Shown here one piece after another: positions 37,451-48,556 of a stretch of DNA of 64,000 bases (positions are counted from its first letter, which is position 1; every line of letters begins with the position of its first letter). A program made the translations under genes and the position numbers. The DNA lies in assembly GCA_965229495.1 (NCBI GenBank), contig OZ245880.1, forward strand, positions 65,937 through 129,936. Reading direction: 5' to 3'. The notes beneath the pieces are model-generated. The model did not search any database and was not told where the DNA came from. It saw only the letters and a list, made by a program, of their open reading frames with translations. The stretch is from Gammaproteobacteria bacterium. GTDB taxonomy: Bacteria > Pseudomonadota > Gammaproteobacteria > CBDBNL01 > G965229495.

Positions 37451-38416
37451 TCATAGCCCTAACCAAGAGTCGACACGATCAGGGTTGGCTTCTACCCAAG
37501 CCAGAGCCACGTCAGCCGGGTCTTTGCCCTCGCCTGATATCTGGTAGGCAAAGCCGCTAACGTCGTCAGCCTGCAGAGCAAAGCGACCAAAGAACTCGGC
37601 TATCGCTGGCGAACGCTCTGCCAAGGACTTCGACCAAGCGATCTGCACTTGCTTCAAAGCATCCTTGGTAGCTACCCGAGACTTATCGTACCAATCCGGG
37701 TCGTCCGAAGGCTGCACCATCACGTAGTCGGCGGGGTTATAGGTTGGCTCGGTCAGCATCTCAACGTCGAACATAAACCAAATAGCGTGCGGCTTGTAGC
37801 AGTAAAAAGCGTAACCTTCGTTCTTGGCGATGGAGTCTTTCACGCGCGCGGTCTTGACGCTTTCCTCAGCGCGGATAGGCTCGATAAAGTCGAGCAGGCC
37901 GTAGTCGCGCACTTTGACTTCGTTGACGTTCGCCGAAGCCCAGCCGGGCGCGCCGATCCACATCTCACCGCGACCGTTACCATCGCTATCCATTTTCATG
38001 GCAACGTCTGGTCGACCGAGGTCGGCGATATCGGTGATGTTATTAGCTTTACCAAAATCTTGCGACACGCAAAAGCCCTGGTTGCCTTCGTAAGGATTAC
38101 TCGAGAGCATCACCGTGCCGGCGCCGTCGACGTACTTCTTGGTGAAGCTTTCCTGGTTGGGCAGCCAGACATCGGGGTGGACGTCGATATCGCCCTTGCC
38201 TTGGTCCATGGCTTGGAAGATAGTCGCGTTATTGCCGGGCACCAGCTCGGCCTCGCCGCCGATGCGCAATTCGACCACCGTCTTCAGCAAATGGGCGATG
38301 GCTTGGGCACCAGTCCAAGACGGCACACCGATGGCGACGCGTTCGGAGGCGCTCAGCGCTGAAGCCGATAAAGCTAAAGCCGAGGCTAGGGCGAAGCTTG
38401 TTAATTGTTTTTTCAT
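37451..38416 (-). CDS. proX: Glycine betaine-binding periplasmic protein
   Basis: 321 aa with signal peptide and ProX-type substrate-binding fold. Confidence 0.8.
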   Translation of the reverse strand: MKKQLTSFALASALALSASALSASERVAIGVPSWTGAQAIAHLLKTVVELRIGGEAELVPGNNATIFQAMDQGKGDIDVHPDVWLPNQESFTKKYVDGAGTVMLSSNPYEGNQGFCVSQDFGKANNITDIADLGRPDVAMKMDSDGNGRGEMWIGAPGWASANVNEVKVRDYGLLDFIEPIRAEESVKTARVKDSIAKNEGYAFYCYKPHAIWFMFDVEMLTEPTYNPADYVMVQPSDDPDWYDKSRVATKDALKQVQIAWSKSLAERSPAIAEFFGRFALQADDVSGFAYQISGEGKDPADVALAWVEANPDRVDSWLGL

Positions 38417-38545
38417 TGTTGTTTCCTCGTGTTGTTATGAAAGGGTGAGACCTTTGCGAAAAGGTTCTTATTGCAAAGGCTTCAAATTATGCAAAGCTCT
38501 CATTCTATGCGAGCTAATGAACTCGGCGGCAAAAATAGTCTTCGC

Positions 38546-39562
38546 TCAGGCTCTGAGTATGTCCTCATAAGCGAATAAAGCCGCCGAACCGCCAGTGTGC
38601 AGAAACAGCACCTTGGCATCGGCGGCAAAGAAGCCAGAGCGCACTAGGCCGATCAAGCCTGCCATGGCTTTCGCCGAATAAACTGGGTCGAGCAAAATAG
38701 CCTCCGAGCGTGCGGTCATGCGAATCGCCTCCAAGGTCGACTCGGCAGCGACGCCGTAGCCAGGGCCGACGTAGCCATCGTCGACTATAACCTTATCTAC
38801 CGGCAATGCGGCACCACCGAGCAGCGCCAGAGTTTTCTCGGCGAGCGCGTGCACTGCTGCAACCTGCTTGGTTTGCGGGTGGCGCACGCTAATGCCCAGC
38901 ACTGGCAAATCAGATCCCATAGCCTGCAAGCCAGCCAGTAAGCCAGCGTGCGTGCCAGCGCTGCCGCTGGCGACTACCAAATAATCGAAGTCGATACCCA
39001 GCTCCTGAGATTGAGCGCCTATCTCTTGCGCGCAGCTCGCGTAGCCGAGAGCGCCGATAGCGTTGGAGCCGCCGCCAGGTATGAAATAGGGCTTCGCCCC
39101 ATCAGCGCGCAGGCGCTGGCATAGCGCCTCAGCCTCGGCGTTCATATCCAGCCCAGCGGGGCGAAATTCCAAGGTCGCGCCAAATAACTCGTCTAGGAAA
39201 ACATTGCCAGTGCTCTCGTAATCGCTCGCAGCGTCTGCCACTCGCCGCTCTAGCAAAGCATGGCACTTGAGACCAAATTTACACGCTGCTGCCGCCGTTT
39301 GCCGCACGTGGTTGGATTGCACCGCGCCTTGGGTAACCAGGGTATCCGCGCCTTGCAATAGCGCTTCGCCGAGCAGGAATTCCAGCTTGCGCGTTTTGTT
39401 GCCACCGGTGGCCAAGCCAGTGCAATCGTCGCGCTTGATGAATAACTGTGGGCCCGAGAGCTGCTCCTGCAAGCGCTCCATAGGCTCAATCGGCGTCGGC
39501 TGATGGCAAAGGTCTACTCGGGCAAATTGCGCACAATCTAGTGTTATGCTATTAGTTGGCAT
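38546..39562 (-). CDS. D-cysteine desulfhydrase / ACC deaminase family PLP enzyme
   Basis: 338 aa, PLP-lysine region TGGNKTRKLEFLLGEA. Confidence 0.75.
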   Translation of the reverse strand: MPTNSITLDCAQFARVDLCHQPTPIEPMERLQEQLSGPQLFIKRDDCTGLATGGNKTRKLEFLLGEALLQGADTLVTQGAVQSNHVRQTAAAACKFGLKCHALLERRVADAASDYESTGNVFLDELFGATLEFRPAGLDMNAEAEALCQRLRADGAKPYFIPGGGSNAIGALGYASCAQEIGAQSQELGIDFDYLVVASGSAGTHAGLLAGLQAMGSDLPVLGISVRHPQTKQVAAVHALAEKTLALLGGAALPVDKVIVDDGYVGPGYGVAAESTLEAIRMTARSEAILLDPVYSAKAMAGLIGLVRSGFFAADAKVLFLHTGGSAALFAYEDILRA

Positions 39563-39873
39563 TTTTGTTTGTAATTCAATTTACTGTATCACTTTGCAAT
39601 TTTCATGTACTTAAACAGCATAGTTCTCAATTACTGAGACTATCTCATTGCGTATCAGGCGCTCGTCATTCACTTGCTCTATGTGAAAATCCAGGATCAT
39701 CTCAACGACATTTTTAACTCTAATATTGCCTCACGCTCAGAGTAAGCAAAGGCGAATAAGTTATCGTGCCCTTCAACTCTCGCCAAATAGCCCCGCCGTC
39801 TTTTTCTATGACTACGTTGTTTTGCATGATTTTTTACTACAGGAGAGTTCGTGATGCCCTGGAACGAAGTATA

Positions 39874-41937
39874 TCAAGTATGCCGCAAGCGATACACCTG
39901 CCATCCCAATAACGCCAGAAATACCAGGCTGCCAAGCGCGTTGACCAGTAATTGCTGCGGCCATAGGCAGGCAATGCCTAGCGCCAGGCAGAGCACGCGC
40001 AAGGCAAGGCTCAAGCGCAGCTCCAGCCAGCCTTGCATACAGGCAGCGAGGGCGTAAATTCCGACTAATGCGGATATTGCCACTTGCAGTGCCGCGAGCC
40101 AATCGCTCGCCAGTATAGGCGTGAGGGCAAATAATATCGGCATGATGTATAAACCCTTGGCGAGCTTCCAACTGGCAAAACCAGTGGCCATCGGTGGTGA
40201 TTTGGCGATGGCGGCGGCGGTGAAGGCGGCGAGGCAGACTGGCGGAGTAACGTTAGAATCTTGACTAAGCCAGAAGATAATCATGTGCGCCGATAGCAGC
40301 GCCGGGCTCAAGGTCTCTGGGCTCAGCACTAGCTCGCGTAAGCTCACCAGCAACTCCAGTGGTAAGTCCGCGATCAGTTGCTCGGCTGCCTCTAAGCTCG
40401 CCAATCCACCAGCGCTAGCCACCTCCGGCGCCACCAGGCTCAACAAGGCTTGCGCTTCGATCGCCAGATCGCCGCTGACCAGGGCTGTTGCCAAAAAGCT
40501 ATCGCTGATCATGCCCGCTAGCGCGGGCGCCGAGAGCGTCGCCAGCACGATATAAGCGGCGGTAACTGGCAAGCCCATGCCCAGTACTAAAGACGCCAGG
40601 GCTATCAAAGCAATAGCCAGGATGATATTGCCAGAAGCCCAGGTCGATATCATCAACGAGAAAGTGTTGCCAACTCCAGCGGTGGCTATGACGTTGACGA
40701 TCAAGCCCACCGCGCACAGCAGCACCGCCGTGCCGATCATATTTTTCGCACCCAGCGCCATGGCGTCTAATATCTCGCGCCAGCCCATAGGTTTCGCGCC
40801 CAACCAACTACTGGCAACAATAGCCACGATGCTGATAACGGCGGCGTATTCCGGGGTAAAGCCGAGCATGAGCAGGCTTATCAGCAGGCTAATGGGCAGC
40901 ACGAAGCTGAGGCCGCCGTTCTTGAAGGCTTGCTTGAAGCTGGTGTTGTCGCTGCTATCCGGACGCAAACCTTGTTTGCGCGCCTCGATGCGCACCATAA
41001 AGGCCACCGAGGCGAAGTACAGCAAGGCTGGCAGCAGCGCGGCGACGATTATGCGCTCGTAAGCTATGTTGGTATAGCTGACCATGACGAAGGCGCCAGC
41101 GCCCATAATCGGCGGCATTAGCTGGCCGCCAGTGGAAGCAGCGGTCTCGACGCCGCCGGCAAACTTCGCCGAAAAACCAGCGCGTTTCATCAGCGGGATG
41201 GTCAAGACTCCAGTTGACGCGGTATTGGCGACCGCAGAGCCAGAGATAGTGCCAGTCAAAGCCGACGCTATTACCGCTATGAAACCGGGGCCGCCGACCA
41301 TGCGCCCAGCGACAGCGCGCGCCAATTGCACGATAAATTCGCCAGCACCAGAGCGTAGCAGAAAGGCACCGAAGAGTATGAAGAGAAAAACGTAAGTCGA
41401 GGATATGCGCGCGATGTTGCCAAAGAGCGCGTCGTCGCCATACAGCGAGCGAAACATCAAGGTTTCCAGCGATAAGCCGGGGAAGCGAAACACCCCGCCC
41501 AAGTATTGCCCCCAGAAGGCGACATAGGATAGCGCCAGCACGATGAGCACTGGTATCACCCAGCCAGCGGTTCTCCGAGTGAGCTCTATAGCAGCAACGA
41601 TGAGCACGCCACCAGCAAACCAATCCCAAGAGCTTAGGCGCACACCGCGAGCGTAGATCGCATCTTCGGCGCTGAATGCGTGGATCGCCGCCCAAGCCAC
41701 CAAAGCACCAAATAGCAGGTCAAGCCAGCACCATTTGCCAGAGCCAAAGATCGGATAAACCAAAGCCGCCAGCAAGCCGAAGCCGGCGAAGTGCAGAGCG
41801 TTGCGCCCTAGCTCAGAAACATCGGCGGAAAAGACGAAGTATAGATGCGCCAGCGCGATAACTATTGCCAGCGCAAAAGCCACGCGCCGCCAAACTCCAG
41901 AGAAAATGTCGTTCTCCACGAGGTTGGCGGCGCGCAT
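39874..41937 (-). CDS. TRAP transporter fused permease (TAXI-type DctQ-DctM fusion)
   Basis: 687 aa polytopic membrane protein adjacent to a TAXI binding protein. Confidence 0.8.
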   Translation of the reverse strand: MRAANLVENDIFSGVWRRVAFALAIVIALAHLYFVFSADVSELGRNALHFAGFGLLAALVYPIFGSGKWCWLDLLFGALVAWAAIHAFSAEDAIYARGVRLSSWDWFAGGVLIVAAIELTRRTAGWVIPVLIVLALSYVAFWGQYLGGVFRFPGLSLETLMFRSLYGDDALFGNIARISSTYVFLFILFGAFLLRSGAGEFIVQLARAVAGRMVGGPGFIAVIASALTGTISGSAVANTASTGVLTIPLMKRAGFSAKFAGGVETAASTGGQLMPPIMGAGAFVMVSYTNIAYERIIVAALLPALLYFASVAFMVRIEARKQGLRPDSSDNTSFKQAFKNGGLSFVLPISLLISLLMLGFTPEYAAVISIVAIVASSWLGAKPMGWREILDAMALGAKNMIGTAVLLCAVGLIVNVIATAGVGNTFSLMISTWASGNIILAIALIALASLVLGMGLPVTAAYIVLATLSAPALAGMISDSFLATALVSGDLAIEAQALLSLVAPEVASAGGLASLEAAEQLIADLPLELLVSLRELVLSPETLSPALLSAHMIIFWLSQDSNVTPPVCLAAFTAAAIAKSPPMATGFASWKLAKGLYIMPILFALTPILASDWLAALQVAISALVGIYALAACMQGWLELRLSLALRVLCLALGIACLWPQQLLVNALGSLVFLALLGWQVYRLRHT

Positions 41938-41991
41938 GGACTATGCCTTAGTTGATGCAGCGCTGCCGTGCCTACGGCAGCGCTGATGCTT

Positions 41992-43014
41992 TTATTGGGC
42001 TACCAGGTTGGCTGGAACGTTAATACCGGCTTCACGGTAATAACGCAGCGCGCCTGGGTGCAGCGGTGCTGGTAGGCCAGCGATAGCTTTCTCCAGCGCC
42101 ATAGCTTTGGTGGCTGAGTGAATGGCGTTGAGGAAGGGCAAATTCTCGTACATGACCTTGGTTATTTGATAGACATGGTCTTCGGGCACCGAGCTATGCG
42201 TCGCCAGGAAATTGGGCTGGGCGATGGTCATGATGTCCTGCTCCTGCCCAGGATAGGTGCCAGCCTCGATGTTGAAGGGCGTCCACAAGCCGAAGCCGCC
42301 GTCAGCCTTTTGTGCTTGGCTGGGGGTAAAGCTCAGCAAGCGCACGGCGTCGCCTTTGGCTGCGAATAGCTTGGTTATCGCGCCGGTGGGCACGCCAGCA
42401 GGAGTAGAAATGCCCACTACTTGACCATTTTGCAGCGCGTCTGCCGAGGGACCGTAGCCAGCGTAGAACAGATCAAAGCTAGCGTCCATATCCAAGCCGA
42501 GGTTCGCCAGGATAGTGCGGTTGGAGCCGATGGTGCCGGAGTTCTGCCGCCCCATAGCCATCTTGCTGCCAGATAAATTCAACACCGCGCTGATATCACC
42601 CGCGCCAGCCTGGTCGGCAGCAACGACAAATTGCTCGACATTCTGCCAGAGCATCGACACCGAGCGCAGATGCTCTTGCTTGCCATCGGCAGCAACTGGA
42701 CCGGTTCCAGTCCAAGCGTAGTAGCCGAACAAACCCTGCAATATCGCGAATTGGGCTTCGTTCAAGCGCAGCAAGCGGACGTTCTCACCCGAGCCCGCCG
42801 AGTTGATCGCCGACATGCCGATCTTTTGCTTCGGTTGCAGCTTGACCTTGGTGAGCGTGGCAATAGCTACGCCGACTGGATAGTAAGTACCGCCAGTAGA
42901 CGCCGTCGCCAGCAAATAATCCCCGCCCTCGGCGCGCGCCGACAGCGAAAAACTCAGCGAACCAACCGCCAGCAGCACCGCCAGCAAAGCCTTCACAGTT
43001 TTATTATTGCTCAT
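41992..43014 (-). CDS. TAXI-family TRAP transporter solute-binding protein
   Basis: 340 aa, signal peptide, GGTYYPVGVAIATL TAXI signature. Confidence 0.85.
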   Translation of the reverse strand: MSNNKTVKALLAVLLAVGSLSFSLSARAEGGDYLLATASTGGTYYPVGVAIATLTKVKLQPKQKIGMSAINSAGSGENVRLLRLNEAQFAILQGLFGYYAWTGTGPVAADGKQEHLRSVSMLWQNVEQFVVAADQAGAGDISAVLNLSGSKMAMGRQNSGTIGSNRTILANLGLDMDASFDLFYAGYGPSADALQNGQVVGISTPAGVPTGAITKLFAAKGDAVRLLSFTPSQAQKADGGFGLWTPFNIEAGTYPGQEQDIMTIAQPNFLATHSSVPEDHVYQITKVMYENLPFLNAIHSATKAMALEKAIAGLPAPLHPGALRYYREAGINVPANLVAQ

Positions 43015-43266
43015 AGCAAATCTCCATATTGTTGTTGTAAGACGATATGCGCGCGTGGGCGCGCATCATGGGCATTATAGGTCAGACTCAACCTGCAGCC
43101 CCCGCGCAGCGCCGCCCCGGATGCAAGATTAAAATTGTTGTGTTAATATGCGCTTGATTTAAGGCAGTAATGTCAAGCTAGCTTTACAATTTGGCATAGG
43201 TCTATCCTGTAGCACGCGCCATCGGCAGAGCTAGCACAATATAAAAACAACAATGGAGGAAAGATA

Positions 43267-44133
43267 GTGATACCCGGAAACTTTGAATATCAGGCGCCGA
43301 AGACTTTGAGCGAGGCGATTAGTATTATCGCTGGCAATGAGGACGCGAAGATTATCGCCGGTGGCCATAGCCTGTTGCCGATGATGAAGTTGCGCTTCGC
43401 CGAACCGACGCATCTGGTCGACTTAAAACACATCGAAGAGCTACGCGGCATCAGCCTTGAAGGCGATCGCCTGGTCATCGGCGCGATGACTTCGGAGAGC
43501 GCGGTGCTCAGTTCTGAGCTGGTGCAAAAGCATTGCCCGCTGCTGACCGATGCAGTCAGCCAAATCGCCGACCCGCAAGTACGCAACAAGGGCACCATCG
43601 GCGGCGATATCGCCCACGGCGACCCTGGCAATGATCACCCGGCGATTATGCTGGCGCTGGATGCCGAGTTCGTCATCAATGGTCCCAATGGCACGCGCCG
43701 CCAAGCCGCCAACGGCTTTTTCCTCGGCACTTATTGGACTGGCCTGGAGCAAGGCGATATCCTCTCGCAAGTAATCGTGCCGGTGTTCACGGCGGGCATG
43801 GGTTACGGCTTTCACAAGCTAAAACGCAAAACCGGCGACTACGCCACGGCAGCTGCGCCAGTGGTAGTAAAGATGGCGGCGGGGGTCATTAAAGAGATTC
43901 GCATCGCGCTGACCAATCTCGGCCCTTGCGCTTTCCGCGCCGAGGCCGCCGAGCAGCTTTTGGCTGGTAAGGCGCTCAACGACGACTTGTTAAATCAAGC
44001 CTGCGACTTGGTACGCTCGGCCTGCGAGCCAGCGGAAGATTTGCGCGGCGATAGCGAATACAAATCCCACATGGCGGCCGAGATGGCTCGGCGCTCAATC
44101 CTGGACGCGGTCAAAATGGCAGGAGGCAATTGA
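43267..44133 (+). CDS. coxM: CO dehydrogenase medium (FAD-binding) subunit
   Basis: GTG start after ggagga; [14 protein letters not shown]...[16 protein letters not shown]-binding PCMH domain. Confidence 0.85.
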   Translation: MIPGNFEYQAPKTLSEAISIIAGNEDAKIIAGGHSLLPMMKLRFAEPTHLVDLKHIEELRGISLEGDRLVIGAMTSESAVLSSELVQKHCPLLTDAVSQIADPQVRNKGTIGGDIAHGDPGNDHPAIMLALDAEFVINGPNGTRRQAANGFFLGTYWTGLEQGDILSQVIVPVFTAGMGYGFHKLKRKTGDYATAAAPVVVKMAAGVIKEIRIALTNLGPCAFRAEAAEQLLAGKALNDDLLNQACDLVRSACEPAEDLRGDSEYKSHMAAEMARRSILDAVKMAGGN

Positions 44134-44627
44134 TCATGGCTAAGCAACACATTCAATTCAATCTCAACGGCGAAGACGTCGAGGTATTAGTAGAGCCGCG
44201 CGAGTTACTCGTGCACACGCTGCGCGAGCGGCTGAATTTGACTGGCACCCACATCGGCTGCGAGACCAGCCATTGCGGGGTGTGCACGGTGGACTTGGAC
44301 GGCGAATCGGTCAAGTCGTGCACGGTGCTCGCGGTGCAAGCCGACGGCGCCGAGGTCATGACCGTCGAGGGTATGGCGGGCTCCGAAGGGCTGCACGCCG
44401 TGCAAGAAGCCTTCATCGAAGAGCACGGGCTGCAGTGCGGCTTTTGCACCACTGGCATGATGGTACGCGCCTATCGCTTCCTGGCGGAAAACCCCGACCC
44501 CAGCGAGGAGGAAATCCGCCACGGCATGGCGGGCAACCTCTGTCGCTGCACCGGCTATCAGAACATCATTAAAGCTGTGGCTTCCGCAGCCAAAAAGCTG
44601 CAGGCTCAGCAAGCTGCGTCTGCTTGA
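44130..44627 (+). CDS. coxS: CO dehydrogenase small [2Fe-2S] subunit
   Basis: Two cysteine clusters, CETSHCGVC and CGFCTTG...CRCTGY. Confidence 0.9.
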   Translation: MIMAKQHIQFNLNGEDVEVLVEPRELLVHTLRERLNLTGTHIGCETSHCGVCTVDLDGESVKSCTVLAVQADGAEVMTVEGMAGSEGLHAVQEAFIEEHGLQCGFCTTGMMVRAYRFLAENPDPSEEEIRHGMAGNLCRCTGYQNIIKAVASAAKKLQAQQAASA

Positions 44628-44643
44628 AGGAAGGAGTAAGAAA

Positions 44644-47052
44644 ATGTACATAGATAATAATGACAAAGTCGACCCTCGCGTCGACGAATTAAAAGGCATC
44701 GGCTGCTCGCGCAAGCGCAAAGAAGACCCGCGCTTCGTCCAAGGCAAGGGCAATTACGTCGACGATATCAAGCTGCAAGGTATGCTCTTCGCCGATATGG
44801 TGCGTAGCCCCTACGCGCACGCGCGCATCAAAAGCATAAATAAAGATAAAGCCTTGGCGCTAAAAGGCGTACACGCGGTTTTGACCGCTGACGACCTCAA
44901 GCCGCTGAGCTTGCACTGGATGCCGACTCTGGCTGGCGACGTTCAAGCGGTATTAGCCGATGACAAAGTCCACTTCCAATACCAGGAAGTCGCGGTGGTC
45001 ATCGCCGACGATCGCTACATCGCCGCCGATGCCATCGAGCTGGTTGAAGTCGAGTACGAAGTCTTGCCCGTATTGGTAGACGCCAAGCAAGCGATGGCGA
45101 AAGACGCGCCGGTTTTGCGCGAAGACTTAGTCGGCAAAATGGAAGGCGCGCACTCCAAGCGCATCCACGATAACCACATCTTCCGCTGGGAAGCCGGCGA
45201 TAAAGAGCCGACAGACCGGGCTTTTGAAAACGCCGAAGTCACGGTCAGTCAACATATGTACTACCCGCGTGTGCACCCCAGCCCGCTGGAGACTTGCGGC
45301 TGCGTCGCTTCTTTTGATAAAGTTAAAGGCCACTTGACGGTCTACCTGACCTCGCAAGCGCCGCACGTGGTGCGCACCGTGGTCTCGCTGTTATCGAAGC
45401 TGCCGGAGAGCGCCATCCGCGTGGTCTCACCCGACATCGGCGGCGGCTTTGGTAACAAAGTCGGGGTTTATCCGGGTTACGTAACCGCGATCGTCGCCTC
45501 GATTGTTCTAGGACGCCCAGTGAAATGGGTAGAAGACCGCATGGAAAACCTTTCCACCACCGCTTTCGCGCGCGATTACCACATGACCGGCGAATTAGCC
45601 GCCGATAAAGACGGACGCATCAAAGGCTTGCGCGTCGACGTATTGGCAGACCACGGCGCCTTTGACGCCTGCGCCGACCCGACTAAATTCCCCGCCGGTC
45701 TCTTCCACATCTGCACCGGCTCCTACGATATCCCAGTGGCGCACGTCAAGGTCGACGGCGTTTACACCAACAAAGCCCCCGGTGGCGTCGCTTACCGCTG
45801 CTCCTTCCGCGTTACCGAAGCGGTGTATTTAATCGAGCGCATGATGGACGTGCTGGCGCAAAAGCTCGGCATCGACAAAGCCGAGATTCGCCGCCGCAAC
45901 TTCGTCAAGCGCGAGCAATTCCCCTACAAAACCGCGCTCGGCTGGGAGCTCGACAGCGGCGATTACCACACCGCGCTCGACAAAGTGCTCCAAGCCGTCG
46001 ACTACGATGGCTTGCGCCGCGAGCAAGCCGAGAAGCGCGCGAAAGGCGAGCTAATGGGCATCGGCCTGGTATCCTTCACCGAGATAGTCGGCGCTGGCCC
46101 CACGCGCAATTGCGACATCCTCGGCATCGGCATGTTCGATAGCGCCGAGATTCGCGTTCACCCCACCGGCAGCGTCATCGCGCGCATGGGCACCATCACC
46201 CAGGGCCAGGGGCACCAAACGACTTACGCGCAGATCATCGCCTCCGAGCTCGGCCTCAATTCGGACGACATCCAAATCGAAGAAGGCGACACCGACACCG
46301 CCCCCTACGGCCTCGGCACCTACGGCTCACGCTCGACTCCAGTCGCCGGCGCCGCCACGGCGATGGCAGCGCGCAAAGTCCGCGCCAAAGCCAAGAAGAT
46401 CGCCGCACATTTGCTCGAAGTCGCCGAAGACGACTTGGAGTGGGACATCGACCGCTTCAAAGTCAAAGGCGTACCAGATCAAGAGAAAACCATGAAAGAA
46501 ATCGCTTGGGCGGCGTACAACGATTTGCCGGAAAACATGGAGCCGGGGCTGGAGGCAGTAAATTATTACGACCCACCGAACTTCACTTACCCATTCGGCA
46601 TTTACCTCTGCGTGTTGGATATCGACCGCTTCACCGGCGTAGCATCGGTGCGACGTTTTTACGCGCTCGACGATTGCGGTACGCGCATCAACCCGATGAT
46701 CATCGATGGCCAAATCCACGGCGGCCTCAACGAAGGCTTCGCCGTCGCCATGGGTCAGGAGTTACCCTTTGACGAAGACGGCAACGCCCTCGGCAATACC
46801 TTCATGGATTACTTCATCCCGACCTTTGTCGAAACCCCGCACTGGGAAACCGACTACACGGTAACGCCCTCGCCGCACCACCCGCTCGGTGCCAAAGGCG
46901 TCGCCGAGTCGCCGCACGTCGGCTCAATCCCCTGCTTCACCTCGGCAGTGGTCGACGCCTTCGCGCACATGGATGTTACTCATATGGATATGCCGCATAA
47001 CTCTTACCGCGTCTGGAAGAAGATCAACGAGTTGGGCTTGAATAAAAGATAG
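44644..47052 (+). CDS. coxL: Form I CO dehydrogenase large (molybdopterin) subunit
   Basis: 802 aa; active-site loop VAYRCSFR is diagnostic of form-I CoxL, and the M-S-L gene order is also form I. Confidence 0.9.
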   Translation: MYIDNNDKVDPRVDELKGIGCSRKRKEDPRFVQGKGNYVDDIKLQGMLFADMVRSPYAHARIKSINKDKALALKGVHAVLTADDLKPLSLHWMPTLAGDVQAVLADDKVHFQYQEVAVVIADDRYIAADAIELVEVEYEVLPVLVDAKQAMAKDAPVLREDLVGKMEGAHSKRIHDNHIFRWEAGDKEPTDRAFENAEVTVSQHMYYPRVHPSPLETCGCVASFDKVKGHLTVYLTSQAPHVVRTVVSLLSKLPESAIRVVSPDIGGGFGNKVGVYPGYVTAIVASIVLGRPVKWVEDRMENLSTTAFARDYHMTGELAADKDGRIKGLRVDVLADHGAFDACADPTKFPAGLFHICTGSYDIPVAHVKVDGVYTNKAPGGVAYRCSFRVTEAVYLIERMMDVLAQKLGIDKAEIRRRNFVKREQFPYKTALGWELDSGDYHTALDKVLQAVDYDGLRREQAEKRAKGELMGIGLVSFTEIVGAGPTRNCDILGIGMFDSAEIRVHPTGSVIARMGTITQGQGHQTTYAQIIASELGLNSDDIQIEEGDTDTAPYGLGTYGSRSTPVAGAATAMAARKVRAKAKKIAAHLLEVAEDDLEWDIDRFKVKGVPDQEKTMKEIAWAAYNDLPENMEPGLEAVNYYDPPNFTYPFGIYLCVLDIDRFTGVASVRRFYALDDCGTRINPMIIDGQIHGGLNEGFAVAMGQELPFDEDGNALGNTFMDYFIPTFVETPHWETDYTVTPSPHHPLGAKGVAESPHVGSIPCFTSAVVDAFAHMDVTHMDMPHNSYRVWKKINELGLNKR

Positions 47053-47061
47053 CCCACGGCA

Positions 47062-47652
47062 ATGAAAGTAACCATAGAGAAAACATTCGCCGTCAATGGC
47101 CCCAGCGCCAACGCCTGGTCGATCCTGACCGACATCCCCAAAGTAGCCGGGTGCATTCCTGGCGCCGAGATCAGCACTGAGACCGCCCCAGGCTGCTACG
47201 AGGGCAAAGTTAAAGCCAAGATTGGCCCGGCGGTGATGGTGTTCAACGGCACTGTTACTGTCGACAACATCGACGAGCAACAGCGCGAAATCCGCATCAC
47301 CGGCAAGGGTCAGGATAGCAAGGGCACCTCGTCGGCGGAAATGAAACTCCGCGCTTGGCTCACGGAGCCAGAGCCGCAGCAGTGCCAATTGCAGGGCGAG
47401 GCTGAAGTCTCGGTTACCGGCAAAGTCGCCAGCCTCGGCGGGCGCATGCTCACCCAAGTCGCCGGGCAAATCCTCGACCAGTTCGGCACCAGGTTTGACG
47501 CCACCGTCGTTGCCATGGGCGCAGGCGCCGCAGCCGCAGCCGCGCAAGAAACGCTCGCCGAAGCACCCAAAGAGTTGAACGGCCTGGCGTTCGCTTGGTC
47601 GGTTATCACAGGCTTCCTGCGCTCCCTGTTTGGCGGCAAGGGAAGTAATTGA
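47062..47652 (+). CDS. coxG: CoxG (SRPBCC-fold CO dehydrogenase accessory subunit)
   Basis: MKVTIEKTFAVNGPSANAWSILTDIPKVAGCIPG matches the CoxG N-terminus. Confidence 0.8.
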   Translation: MKVTIEKTFAVNGPSANAWSILTDIPKVAGCIPGAEISTETAPGCYEGKVKAKIGPAVMVFNGTVTVDNIDEQQREIRITGKGQDSKGTSSAEMKLRAWLTEPEPQQCQLQGEAEVSVTGKVASLGGRMLTQVAGQILDQFGTRFDATVVAMGAGAAAAAAQETLAEAPKELNGLAFAWSVITGFLRSLFGGKGSN

Positions 47653-48556
47653 GCCGGGTGCTATGCAGCAGAGCGCTCGCCAGTTAATAGAGTCCACGCA
47701 AGCCAAACTAGCCGAGACCGGTTACATCGCCGACCGCGACCTCGCCACCAGCATGGTGCTGTTCCAGCAATTGGGGCGGCCGATCTTATTCGAGGGCGCC
47801 CCTGGAGTCGGCAAGACCGAGATCGCCTACGCGCTGGCGCAAGTCAACGGCTGCCGCCTCATCCGCCTGCAATGCTACGAGGGCTTAGACGCGCAAGCCA
47901 CGCTCTACGAGTGGAACTATCAATACCAGTTGCTCTCGCTGCGGCTGATGGAGATCGAAAAAGTCCAGCAGCAGCAAATCAGCTCAGCGATCTTCTCGCG
48001 CCAATACTTGCTTGAGCGCCCGCTATTGCAAGCCATCACCCAAGAGACTTCGCCGGTATTGCTCATAGACGAGATCGACCGCGCCGACGAGGAGTTCGAG
48101 GCTTTTCTGCTGGAGCTACTCTCGGAGTACCAGGTGACCATCCCCGAATTGGGCACCATCAAAGCCCGAGCCAAGCCGCACGTAGTCTTAACCTCCAATG
48201 GCACCAGAGAGCTTTCCGATGCTCTCAAGCGCCGTTGCCTCTATCACTACCTGGAGTTCCCAGAATTTGACAAAGAGCTGTCCATAGTCTTGCGGCGGCT
48301 GCCAGAGACCGGCGCGCAATTGGCGCGGCAGATAGTCGGCTTCGTCCAGCAATTGCGCCAGATGAACCTCTCGCGCCGCCCCGGTATCGCCGAGACGCTC
48401 GATTGGGCGGCGGCGCTGCTGCGCCTCAACATCACCAGCCTCGAGCAAGAGCCCGAAGCCTTGCTCGATAGCATGATCTGCCTGCTGAAATCGCGCGAAG
48501 ACCGCCTGAACGTCAACGAGCTCGACTTGCAGCGGCTGGCGGCCAAATCTGTTTGA
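47630..48556 (+). CDS. coxD: MoxR-type AAA+ ATPase CoxD
   Basis: Walker A GAPGVGKTE, Walker B LLIDEIDRA. Confidence 0.85.
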   Translation: MAAREVIEPGAMQQSARQLIESTQAKLAETGYIADRDLATSMVLFQQLGRPILFEGAPGVGKTEIAYALAQVNGCRLIRLQCYEGLDAQATLYEWNYQYQLLSLRLMEIEKVQQQQISSAIFSRQYLLERPLLQAITQETSPVLLIDEIDRADEEFEAFLLELLSEYQVTIPELGTIKARAKPHVVLTSNGTRELSDALKRRCLYHYLEFPEFDKELSIVLRRLPETGAQLARQIVGFVQQLRQMNLSRRPGIAETLDWAAALLRLNITSLEQEPEALLDSMICLLKSREDRLNVNELDLQRLAAKSV

